A stretch of 32,000 nt of DNA from Actinocrinis puniceicyclus (GTDB lineage: Bacteria > Actinomycetota > Actinomycetes > Streptomycetales > Catenulisporaceae): contig NZ_JAGSXH010000001.1 of the NCBI RefSeq assembly GCF_018283645.1, positions 52,886 to 84,885 of the forward strand. The letters are read 5' to 3'. This document shows, in pieces, positions 16,105 to 23,925 of the stretch. Numbering within the stretch: the first letter of the stretch is position 1; the number at the start of each line of letters is the position of its first letter. A model generated the notes under the pieces. That model was not told the DNA's origin, searched no databases, and saw only the letters and a program-made list of their open reading frames with translations. Made by a program: the position numbers and the translations under genes.

Positions 16105-16539
16105 ATGGCCGCGGTTCACCTCGCCAGGCACCTCCTGCGCGCTAAAGACCTGATGGACGCCCGTTACTCCGAGCGGCTGACCGTCGCGGACGCCGCCGAA
16201 GCGGCCGGGCTCAGCCGCGCGCACTTCTGCCGCGAGTTCAAGCGGGCTTTCGGGGAGTCCCCGCACGTCTACCTGCTCACGCGGCGCCTGGAGCGCGCGG
16301 CCGCGCTGCTGCGCTTCACGGACCGGTCGGTCGCCGAGATCTGCATGAACGTCGGCCTGGAGAGCGTGGGTTCGTTCACCACCAGCTTCACCCGCATGTA
16401 CGGCGTCCCGCCGACCGGCTACCGGGCCAAGTTCCCCCCTGCGGCGCAATACGCGCGCCTTCCGGCCTGCGTGGTGCGGTTCTACGGACGGCCGCGACAT
16501 CAGACGTTTCGAGAAGACGACGGCGTGGCGCGCGGCTAG
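16105..16539 (+). CDS. AraC-family transcriptional regulator (HTH-only short form)
   Basis: 144 aa with a double HTH_18 pattern: LTVADAAEAAGLSRAHFCREFKRAFGESPHVYLLTRRLERAAALL...SVAEICMNVGLESVGSFTTSFTRMYGVPPTGYR. A TAGGCT -10-like hexamer lies 6 nt before the ATG, so the mRNA may be leaderless. Confidence 0.8.
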   Translation: MAAVHLARHLLRAKDLMDARYSERLTVADAAEAAGLSRAHFCREFKRAFGESPHVYLLTRRLERAAALLRFTDRSVAEICMNVGLESVGSFTTSFTRMYGVPPTGYRAKFPPAAQYARLPACVVRFYGRPRHQTFREDDGVARG

Positions 16540-16574
16540 CGTTTGTAAGGCCGTCAACCGCGCAGGAGGCTCCA

Positions 16575-17000
16575 ATGTTCAAGATCGCTACCGTCCAGCT
16601 CTGGGTCACCGACCAGGACGCGGCGCTGGATTTCTACACCCGCAAGCTCGGCATGGAGGTGCGCCAGGACGTCACCCTGCCGGAGATGGGCGACTTCCGC
16701 TGGCTCACGGTCGGACCGGCCGGGCAGCCCGATGTCGACATCGTGCTGATGCCGATCCCCGGACCGCCGGTCATGGACGAGGCCACGGCCCAGGACGTAC
16801 GCACGCTGGTCGGCAAGGGTTTCGCCGGCACCGTCTTCCTGACCACCGACGACTGCCACGGCGAGTACCACCGCCTGGTCGAGCGCGGGGTCGAGTTCTC
16901 CGAGAAGCCGGAGCAGCGCCCGTACGGCATCGACGCCGCTTTCCGCGACCCGTCGGGCAATCACGTCCGGCTCACCGAGGTGCACATCCCGGGGCATTGA
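16575..17000 (+). CDS. VOC/glyoxalase-bleomycin-resistance family protein
   Basis: 141 aa with AGGAGG upstream. Paired beta-alpha-beta-beta-beta module pattern (VTDQDAALDFYTRKLGMEV ... DPSGNHVRLTE). Confidence 0.8.
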   Translation: MFKIATVQLWVTDQDAALDFYTRKLGMEVRQDVTLPEMGDFRWLTVGPAGQPDVDIVLMPIPGPPVMDEATAQDVRTLVGKGFAGTVFLTTDDCHGEYHRLVERGVEFSEKPEQRPYGIDAAFRDPSGNHVRLTEVHIPGH

Positions 17001-17063
17001 CCGGACCCTGAAAGACCCTTCGCGGCAACTTACACGGTCGGCGCGAAGCACACGGGGGTAGGC

Positions 17064-17099
17064 GGCGGCGCGCTGTTGACGACAGTGCGCCGCCGTTTT
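17064..17099 (+). terminator. Rho-independent terminator after the VOC gene
   Basis: GGCGGCGCGCTGT-tgacg-ACAGTGCGCCGCC is a 13-bp stem with one G-U pair, followed by GTTTTAA. Confidence 0.65.
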
Positions 17100-17202
17100 A
17101 ACGTCAGCGGACGCGACCCCGTCGTGTGCGCCGGGTATGAGGGTGTCCGGCACGCGGCACGAAGTCCGATATCAACGCAGCCGTATTTCAGCCCTGATAT
17201 GG

Positions 17203-18312
17203 ATGGCCGTCATGCCAGTACCCTCCTTCGTCCCCGCCCGCCTCGGCCCGACGCGGGCCGGCCGGCCTCGCCGCGCCCGGATCGCGCTGCCGCTAGCCGC
17301 GGCCACCGTCCTGGGCGCGACCGCTTCGCTGTCGGCCGCGCAGCCCGCGCACGCGGCGGTCACGATCACCGTCGCCAAGAGCGGCGGGCAGTACACCAGC
17401 GTGCAGGCCGCGGTCAACGCGGTGCCCGACAACTCCTCGACCGCCTACACGATCTCGATCGGCGCCGGCACCTACTCCGAGGTGGTGCGCATCCCGGCCG
17501 CCAAGCTGCATCTGACGCTGCTGGGCGCCACCGGCAACGCCGCCGACGTGGTGATTCAGGCTTCGAACTACGCGGGCGAGACCAACCCGGCCACCGGCTC
17601 GGCGTACGGGACGCTCGGCTCGGCCACGGTGACCGTGGCGGCGCGTGACTTCACCGCCGAGTACATCACCTTCTCCAACGCCTTCAACAAGAACTACCAC
17701 CCCGGCGTGACCGGAACCCAGGCGGTCGCGCTGGCCATGCAGGGCGACCGGCAGGTGTACAAGCACGACAAGTTCTGGGGTCACCAGGACACGCTGCTGT
17801 CCTGGAGCAACACCGCGAGCACCGACATCCGCCAGTACGTCTACGGTTCGACCGTGGACGGCGATGTGGACTTCATCTTCGGCAACGGCACGCTCGTCAT
17901 CGACCGCAGCACCATCAACGTGGAGAACGACGGGGTGTACAGCAGCGGAGCGCTGGTCGCTCCGGCCACCTACGGCAGCCAGGCCTACGGCATTCTGATC
18001 ACCGGCTGCAACGTGGCCTCGTCGCTGGCCGCCAACAGCGTGTACCTGGGCCGTGCCTGGGTTCCGTACAGCGGCGCGGTGCCGCAGGCGGTGATCCGCA
18101 ACACGTTGCTGCCGGCCGCGATCAACGTGTCGGCGCCGTGGACCGGTATCTCCGGCGCCACCTGGACGCCGGGCCGGTACGGCGAGTACGGGAACAGCGG
18201 CGCGGGCGCGACGGTCAATGGCAACCGCCCGCAACTGAGCGGCACCGCCGCCGCGAACTACACCGCGCAGAAGTACCTGGCCGGGAATGACGGCTGGAAC
18301 CCGGTGGTCTGA
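17203..18312 (+). CDS. Secreted pectinesterase (carbohydrate esterase family 8)
   Basis: Lies in ORF 17137..18312. Codons before 17203 are rich in A/T-ending codons, so ATG 17203 or 17212 is preferred. Signal peptide ...RRARIALPLAAATVLGATASLSAAQPAHA. CE8 motifs are GTYSE, QAVAL, GHQDTL, DFIFG and LGRAW. Confidence 0.85.
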   Translation: MAVMPVPSFVPARLGPTRAGRPRRARIALPLAAATVLGATASLSAAQPAHAAVTITVAKSGGQYTSVQAAVNAVPDNSSTAYTISIGAGTYSEVVRIPAAKLHLTLLGATGNAADVVIQASNYAGETNPATGSAYGTLGSATVTVAARDFTAEYITFSNAFNKNYHPGVTGTQAVALAMQGDRQVYKHDKFWGHQDTLLSWSNTASTDIRQYVYGSTVDGDVDFIFGNGTLVIDRSTINVENDGVYSSGALVAPATYGSQAYGILITGCNVASSLAANSVYLGRAWVPYSGAVPQAVIRNTLLPAAINVSAPWTGISGATWTPGRYGEYGNSGAGATVNGNRPQLSGTAAANYTAQKYLAGNDGWNPVV

Positions 18313-18425
18313 CCGGTAGGCCGTGCGCACCCGCCGCACCCGCCGCGCCGCCGACGCGTCCCGTTACGGGCGCAGCTGGCGGCGCGGTGGGCGTGCGTGC
18401 GGGGTCGCCGGTCGCCGGTCGCGGA

Positions 18426-19283
18426 TCAGTTCGCCAGCACGGTGGCCACGGTGTTGCGCCCGATCGTCCGGTTCGTGATCTCCATCTGCCGCAGCGTGTG
18501 GAACCGCAGCGCGCGCAACTGCCGGGCGGTGAGCCGATCGCAGACCCAGTCCCAGTGCAGCGAGACCCAATCGCCCGGCCGGATGCCGCCGAGATACCCG
18601 ATCCCTGCCATGGAGCGCAGCGCGGTCTCGGTGCGCGGCGGCCCGAGAGCGAGCGCGATCCCGTCCCAGGTGAGCGGGCGGCTGGTCACGGTGATGCGGT
18701 CGCCGTCCACCCGCTCGACCCGGCCCCAGCGGATACGGCAGCGTTCGAGCACGTCCAACGCCTGAGGTGCCTTGCGGTCGTCGCCGAGCAGGCCGACCCA
18801 CGGGTACACGCCGAAGACGTGGAAACTGTGGTGCGGCACCCCCCCGGCCAGCACGCCGTCCAGCAGGTGCGGGAACTGACGGCCGGTGCGCGGCCGGAAC
18901 CTCTCCTCCATGGACGCGGCCGTCGCGCCGAGGCCCACGTTCGGCAGCAACTCGTTGCCGACCCAATACGCCTCGACCACGCGCCGGTCCAGAGGGTCAC
19001 GGATCCCGGTCGCCGTCGAGATCAGCTCAAGGTAGGGCCAGGCGCCGTGGAACGCCTGCGCGAGCTGCACGAGTCCCTGGTCCACTTCGCCTGACGCGCC
19101 GTACTGCAACAGCGCGCGGCTGTCCGCCGGGCCGCAGTACCCGAGCGCATTGGGTGGATAGGCATACCGGACGAACAATTGCGCGCCGGCCGTCGCCTCA
19201 ACGTACGGGGGCTCTTCGGGCGCGTTGTGGTCGATGATCGTCGTGTCGGCGATCGTGTTCAGCGTGTCCATTCGGGTTCCCAT
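18426..19283 (-). CDS. Conserved hypothetical protein, last gene of the hydrogenase locus (I recall DUF6390-type naming, unverified)
   Basis: 285 aa with high GC3. Its start overlaps the hypC 3' end (ATG 19283 or 19271). No catalytic motif was recognised. Confidence 0.7.
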   Translation of the reverse strand: MGTRMDTLNTIADTTIIDHNAPEEPPYVEATAGAQLFVRYAYPPNALGYCGPADSRALLQYGASGEVDQGLVQLAQAFHGAWPYLELISTATGIRDPLDRRVVEAYWVGNELLPNVGLGATAASMEERFRPRTGRQFPHLLDGVLAGGVPHHSFHVFGVYPWVGLLGDDRKAPQALDVLERCRIRWGRVERVDGDRITVTSRPLTWDGIALALGPPRTETALRSMAGIGYLGGIRPGDWVSLHWDWVCDRLTARQLRALRFHTLRQMEITNRTIGRNTVATVLAN

Positions 19284-19540
19284 CCGTCTTTCGGCAGCGC
19301 GCTGCCGGCCTCGCGTTCCCGCGCCATCAGTCCCAGCGAGGCGAGCACGTCGTCCACCTCGTCCGCGGGGATGGGGCTGAGCGCGAACCCCATGTGCACC
19401 AGCACCCAGTCGCCGGGCGCGACCGGCTGCTCCAGCAGGCCGACGTTGACCGTGCGGCGCACGCCGGCGATCTCGGCGACGGCGAGGTCGGCGTGTCGGT
19501 CGTCAGGTGCGACGACGCGCGCCGCCAGGCCCAGACACAT
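19259..19540 (-). CDS. hypC: HypC/HybG/HupF-family hydrogenase maturation chaperone
   Basis: Lies in ORF 19259..19573. The true start is ATG 19540, giving the family-defining N-terminus MCLGLAARVV. GAAGGAGG lies upstream. Confidence 0.85.
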   Translation of the reverse strand: MCLGLAARVVAPDDRHADLAVAEIAGVRRTVNVGLLEQPVAPGDWVLVHMGFALSPIPADEVDDVLASLGLMAREREAGSALPKDGWEPEWTR

Positions 19541-19569
19541 CTCGCAGCCTCCTTCGCTCCCCCGATCGG

Positions 19570-19674
19570 TCACAGCTCGCGCATCTCGATGTACCGCTTG
19601 AGATCCGGCAGCATGCTCACGACCGCCGCGGCCACGAGCACGGCGGCGGTCGCCGCCGCCATCTTTCCGATCAT
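19570..19674 (-). CDS. 34-codon micro-ORF encoding a single-TM peptide (MIGKMAAATAAVLVAAAVVSMLPDLKRYIEMREL)
   Basis: Below the ORF-track size cutoff and found by hand translation. It exactly fills the gap between the protease stop (19682) and the hypC RBS. 32 of 34 codons end in G/C. GAGGAA/GGAGAGGAG lies upstream. The peptide has a hydrophobic helix followed by an amphipathic basic tail. Confidence 0.6.
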   Translation of the reverse strand: MIGKMAAATAAVLVAAAVVSMLPDLKRYIEMREL

Positions 19675-19681
19675 CGGTTCC

Positions 19682-20227
19682 TCATCTCCTCTCCGCCGGT
19701 AGCTCGGCGACCAGCCGCTCGATCAGCTCGGCCGCCGCATCCACGGCCGCGGCGACCGGCGGGCTGAGGCCGATCCCCGGCTCGGTGTCCGCGGGTTCGC
19801 ACACCACGGCCAGGATCCTGCCGACCCGCGCGCCCAGCGAGCCGAGCAGGCCGAGCACGGCGTCCGGGCCGAGGCCGTGCGCGTCGAACGCGGCCATGTC
19901 GCCGTCCGGTCCGCCGGGTCCGGGCGTCGCCGGATCGACCTCCAGGAGGGTGACCGTCCCGGGGGTCTCGCCGCGGGCGCTCGCGTCGGCGAGGATCAGC
20001 AGCCGGCAGCCGTCGAGCAGGTCGAAGGCCAGGTGTACGGAACGGATCCCGACGTCGCTCACCTCGACGCCCGGGGGCAGCGCCCGGCCGGAGAGCCGCC
20101 GGGCCACCTCGACGCCGAAACCGTCGTCGCCGAGCAGGATGTTGCCGATTCCTGCGACCACGGTCCGGCAGTCGGCGGCGGCGCCGTGCGCCGCGCGTTC
20201 CATACCCGCGGCGCTGTTCGCAGTCAC
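19682..20227 (-). CDS. [NiFe]-hydrogenase maturation endopeptidase (HyaD/HupD/HoxM family)
   Basis: 181 aa. VVAGIGNILLGDDGFG (metal-binding D), LLILADA and DAHGLG motifs. The GTG start overlaps the upstream stop (GTGA at 20224-20227). Confidence 0.85.
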   Translation of the reverse strand: MTANSAAGMERAAHGAAADCRTVVAGIGNILLGDDGFGVEVARRLSGRALPPGVEVSDVGIRSVHLAFDLLDGCRLLILADASARGETPGTVTLLEVDPATPGPGGPDGDMAAFDAHGLGPDAVLGLLGSLGARVGRILAVVCEPADTEPGIGLSPPVAAAVDAAAELIERLVAELPAERR

Positions 20228-21564
20228 TGCGCTCCCCCGATCGGCTCGATCTCGTCCGGGGCGAAGTAGAGGTGGCGCCCGTGGCGCTGGTACTGCTGCG
20301 CCGCCGGATCGTCCTGCGGTGTCACGGCCAGGTGCACCCGGCCGTCGACGTCGGTGAGCACGGCCTCGATCACGGCCGGACGGCCGGCCAGGAACATGTC
20401 CTGCGCGTCGGCGCGGCGCGCGCCCGGGCGCATCAGGACTCTGCTACCCTTGCGCAGCGGTACGCCGCGGACCGTCACCTCGTCGGTCTGCGGGGACACC
20501 GACGCGTCGGCCTCCGGGTCCCACCACGGCGGGTCCGGCACCCCGGCGGGCGCGGGTTCGGTGACGGCGCGCAGGTAGCGCACCGTGCCGTGCAGCCGGT
20601 CGAGCAGTTCCGGCGGCAGCGCGTCCACTCGCTCGACGATGGCGGCGGCCCGCGGGTCGGTGGCTCGGGCCTGCGCCTTCTCGGCGTCGGTGAGCGCGAG
20701 CGTGCGCAGGGTCAGGATCTCGTCGATCTCGGTCGCGTCGTACAGGTCGCCGGGACTCTCCGGCGCCAGCCGCGGGTGGTCGTAGAGGATCACCGGGCTG
20801 GAGAGCAGCAGCTGCGCGGTCCCGGGCGGCCCGGCCAGGACCGGCCAGGTGCGCTCGTTGCGGCACGCGGCCGCCTCGGCCGCGGCCCACCGCGGCGGGT
20901 CGGTCATCGACACGAAGCGGCATCCGGGTGCTTCGAGCAGCAGGTGCGCGCTGACCAGCGCATATGGGAGCGCGTCGGAGCGCCGCTGCACGGCGGTCGG
21001 GGACGGCGGCTCGGTCATATTCTCCAGCACACAGCAAAGCTTCAGCAGCCGGTAGGGTCCTGCGACCCTGTCCGCGTGCACGGTCAACCGTGCGGTCAGC
21101 GCCTCGCGGCGGCGGGTGACCGGGCCGCCGGCGGCGGCGCGCTCGTCCCGGCTCACGGCCGTCTCGGGCGTCTCGGGCGCCTCGGCCGCCTCGGATGTCT
21201 GCGCCGCGTCGGCCGCGAGGTGGAAGACCACCGGGCCGCGCGCGAGTGCGTCCACGTGAACGGTGCGTTCGTGCTCGTGCTCGACCGCCTCGTCCCAGGA
21301 CTCGCCGTCGGGCCGGGTGCGGCGCTGGATCTGCAGGAAACGCGCGAAGACACGCACCCCGGCCTCGTCGCCGCACTCCAGCAGGCATTCGGTCCGGCTG
21401 GAGGTGTGCTCGGAAGGGTCGAGCCGGGTGTACGCGGGCGGCATCAGGACTCCGAACTGGAACCGTTCGCGGTTCTTCTGTGCCGACGCCCGATACGGGT
21501 ACAGGACGTAGCCTTCGTACAGGATGGTGTCGGCGACCGCGCGCGCCTGCTCAAGCCCGGTCAT
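20224..21564 (-). CDS. Conserved hypothetical protein of group 1h hydrogenase loci (446 aa)
   Basis: Lies in ORF 20224..21609. The preferred start is ATG 21564 (MTGLEQARAVADTILYEGYVLYPYR), which overlaps the upstream gene by 14 nt. GC3 is high throughout. No known motif was recognised. Confidence 0.7.
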   Translation of the reverse strand: MTGLEQARAVADTILYEGYVLYPYRASAQKNRERFQFGVLMPPAYTRLDPSEHTSSRTECLLECGDEAGVRVFARFLQIQRRTRPDGESWDEAVEHEHERTVHVDALARGPVVFHLAADAAQTSEAAEAPETPETAVSRDERAAAGGPVTRRREALTARLTVHADRVAGPYRLLKLCCVLENMTEPPSPTAVQRRSDALPYALVSAHLLLEAPGCRFVSMTDPPRWAAAEAAACRNERTWPVLAGPPGTAQLLLSSPVILYDHPRLAPESPGDLYDATEIDEILTLRTLALTDAEKAQARATDPRAAAIVERVDALPPELLDRLHGTVRYLRAVTEPAPAGVPDPPWWDPEADASVSPQTDEVTVRGVPLRKGSRVLMRPGARRADAQDMFLAGRPAVIEAVLTDVDGRVHLAVTPQDDPAAQQYQRHGRHLYFAPDEIEPIGGAQ

Positions 21565-22216
21565 CGGCGCGCTCCCCGGCGCGGCGCAGCAGCGCTTCGA
21601 GCGTGGCATCCCAGGTGGTGAGCGCCTGCGCGGACTTGAAGCGCTGGAGGGCGTCGAGCGTCTCGCGGCCGGCCCTGATCCAGCCGCCGGCCGGGAAGTG
21701 CCGGTCGATCGCCTCGCGCCAGATCTTCACGGGCAGCCGGTAGGCGCACTCCTTGCTCCAGGGCACCTGCTCGACCTGTATCCGCCCGTCCTGTCCGGCG
21801 GCCGTGTCGGTCCTGAACACCGTGCCGCTGAACAGGAGCAGCAGCGGGATCTCGCCGTCGTCGAGGGCGTGGAAGTACTTCGCGCAGGCGACATCGAGGT
21901 CGTAGTTGCAGGGCAGCGGGAGCACGGTGTCGGTGGCGCCGCGGAACCCGGGCACCACCGCGGTGAGCGTGGCCACCTGTAACGGCTTGAGCGTGTCGGG
22001 CCAGCGCGCGGCGTCGCCGAAGAGGTCGTACAGCCGTGCCGCCTCGTCCCGGCCGTAGCGTCGGCGGGTCGGTTCGATGCGGACCTGGCAGCGCAGCGCG
22101 ACGGCGTCGATCCGCGCGCCGGTGGTCTCGCTGATGCGCAGGAGGATGTCGAGCGCCGGGGCCGCGGAGTACTGCTGGGCGGCGATCCCGGTGCAGTCGA
22201 AGGAGAACTCGGTCAT
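21551..22216 (-). CDS. Conserved hypothetical protein of group 1h hydrogenase loci (221 aa; I recall DUF6084-type naming, unverified)
   Basis: Lies in ORF 21551..22333. The start ATG 22216 (MTEFSFDCTGIAAQQY) forms an ATGA overlap with the upstream stop. Confidence 0.7.
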   Translation of the reverse strand: MTEFSFDCTGIAAQQYSAAPALDILLRISETTGARIDAVALRCQVRIEPTRRRYGRDEAARLYDLFGDAARWPDTLKPLQVATLTAVVPGFRGATDTVLPLPCNYDLDVACAKYFHALDDGEIPLLLLFSGTVFRTDTAAGQDGRIQVEQVPWSKECAYRLPVKIWREAIDRHFPAGGWIRAGRETLDALQRFKSAQALTTWDATLEALLRRAGERADDRA

Positions 22217-22998
22217 CGCGGCCCGCCCGCCGGACTGCTTGCGGGGTCGAACCCGCGGGCCCGCCGGCGCAGCGTGTCGAAGAACTCGTCGATACCGGCG
22301 CGGGCCTGCTCGCCGCCGTCGAATCCGCGCCACTGCAAGCGCAGGCGCCCGACCAGTTCGTAACAGACGTCGATCGGCACCAGGTAGCAGTCCCGGTTCC
22401 CGGCGTCACAGCGCACGACGATCGCCTCCACGTCGGGGACCGCCTCGGCCAGCAGCGGGTGCTCTTCGCGCAGCCGGTTCCAGGCGTCCAGGTCGAGCAG
22501 GCACTCGGTGGCTCCAGCCGGGCCGGGATAGAACGCCGAGACCGTCGTGCGCGCGCCGCCGCCCTCGGCCCGGGTCACGGTCTCGGTCACCGTCTCGGCC
22601 TCGGTCACGGTCACGGTCTCGGCCTCGGACGGCGAGGCGGTCGCAGTCAGGAAGAAGGCCACCGCGACGGGGATCTGCAAGCGCTCCCACCCGGCTCGGC
22701 TCAGCGGGTGGGCCGGATCGTGCAGCACCCGGTCCGGGATCGCGCGGTACCGGCCGCCGCCGGCTTCCTCCCTGGTGAACAACAGGTAGCAGGCGCGGCA
22801 GGTGCAGCGGATCGCGCGCTGTTCGAGATCTGCGATGTGCCCGTGCCTGTCGTCGAGTCGCTCGGCGCACAGTTCACACCGCTCGACCGGCGCGGCCGGC
22901 GGCGCCGGTGCGGCAACGTCCGCGATCGGCCCGGGGGCTGATCCGGCGCCGCGCGCGAAGCGGGCCAGGCCGGCCGGGGCGCCGCCGCGCACAGTCAT
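22213..22998 (-). CDS. Conserved hypothetical Cys-cluster protein of group 1h hydrogenase loci (I recall DUF5947-type naming, unverified)
   Basis: 261 aa. CELCAERLDDRHGH...IRCTCRACYLLF gives a CxxC...CxCxxC pattern. There is an ATGA overlap with the NifU-like gene (22995-22998). It contains an ETVT-rich repeat insertion. Confidence 0.7.
   Translation of the reverse strand: MTVRGGAPAGLARFARGAGSAPGPIADVAAPAPPAAPVERCELCAERLDDRHGHIADLEQRAIRCTCRACYLLFTREEAGGGRYRAIPDRVLHDPAHPLSRAGWERLQIPVAVAFFLTATASPSEAETVTVTEAETVTETVTRAEGGGARTTVSAFYPGPAGATECLLDLDAWNRLREEHPLLAEAVPDVEAIVVRCDAGNRDCYLVPIDVCYELVGRLRLQWRGFDGGEQARAGIDEFFDTLRRRARGFDPASSPAGGPR
22574..22628. repeat. Imperfect in-frame repeats (GTCACSGTCTCGG-based) encoding SEAETVTVTEAETVTETVT
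   Basis: Read directly from the sequence. The repeats lie inside the Cys-cluster protein CDS. Confidence 0.75.
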
Positions 22999-23873
22999 CG
23001 CGACACCGCCGCGGGGAGCGCGACGCGCACGCCGCGGCTGTCGCTGACCAGCGGAAGCGGGTCAAGGTGCGGGCCCTGGGGACCATCCGGGCCCGCGCCC
23101 GGCCCGGCGACGCAGCGGCCCGCGAGCCGCAGATCGAAGGCCGCGGCGCAACGCGGACAGGTCAGCAAACCCTGCTCCACCGCGGCCTCCCCCAGCGGTG
23201 CGTCGCAGACCCCGCATGCGTCTCGGTAGGCGTAGAGCGTGCCGCGCACCGCGCATATCAGGATTCTCATTCCGTCCAGGTCCAGCGCCACCGGGCCCGC
23301 GGTCGGCGAGCCGAGCGCGGGCAACTCACGCCACACGGCCGCGTCCCGCGCGCCCTCGTCCGGGCGCGGGCCGATCTGGAGCAGCCGCGGCTCACCGGCG
23401 CTCGGGGCGACCACGCCCTCCACCTCCACCCGCAGCACCTCCGGCGCGGCCCGCTCGATCGCGCCCTCGATCGCCGAGCGGACGGTGACCGTCGAGGAGG
23501 GGCAGCCGTTGCAGGTGCCGGCGAGCCGAAGGCGCGCGACGCCGTCGTCGTCGACGCCGAGGTACTCCACACCGCCGGCATGCGAACCCAGATACGGCCG
23601 CACCCCGTCCAGCGCGCGCTGGACGCGCTCGTCGACGCTCAGCGGATGCAGGCCGTGCACCAGCAGCAGCCCGCCGACCACCTCGTCGCCGGCCAGCTCG
23701 GCCAGCGCCTGCGGATCGCGCCGCGCCATCGTGCGCACCGTGCGCTCAAGGCCCTCTCCGTACAGGCCCACCACCAGCCGCACCAGTTCCTCGGCCCGAG
23801 CCCGGTCGGCGGCCTGCGCGAAGCCGCCGACCAGCTGTTCCACCCTGATGCCGACCTCGCTCACGTCGGTCAC
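22995..23873 (-). CDS. hhyE: NifU-like iron-sulfur protein with a C-terminal four-Cys Rieske-fold-like domain (HhyE-type putative electron-transfer partner)
   Basis: 292 aa and immediately downstream of hhyL, as in M. smegmatis. The NifU C-terminal-type motif is LAGTCNGCPSSTVTVRSAIE. The C-terminal part reads ILICAVRGTLYAYRDACGVCDAPL...LLTCPRCAAAFD (CxxC...CPxC). Confidence 0.7.
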   Translation of the reverse strand: MTDVSEVGIRVEQLVGGFAQAADRARAEELVRLVVGLYGEGLERTVRTMARRDPQALAELAGDEVVGGLLLVHGLHPLSVDERVQRALDGVRPYLGSHAGGVEYLGVDDDGVARLRLAGTCNGCPSSTVTVRSAIEGAIERAAPEVLRVEVEGVVAPSAGEPRLLQIGPRPDEGARDAAVWRELPALGSPTAGPVALDLDGMRILICAVRGTLYAYRDACGVCDAPLGEAAVEQGLLTCPRCAAAFDLRLAGRCVAGPGAGPDGPQGPHLDPLPLVSDSRGVRVALPAAVSR

Positions 23874-23925
23874 GGCGCCCGCCTCTCCGTCTCGGACCGC
23901 TCCATCCCGGTGAAAGCGCCCCCGG

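Noticed and set aside
17137-17202. An upstream ATG that would extend the pectinesterase by 22 codons.
   Set aside because: That segment uses rare codons (cga, tat, caa, cgt, att, tca, ata) and adds no signal-peptide features. The signal peptide begins after 17203/17212.
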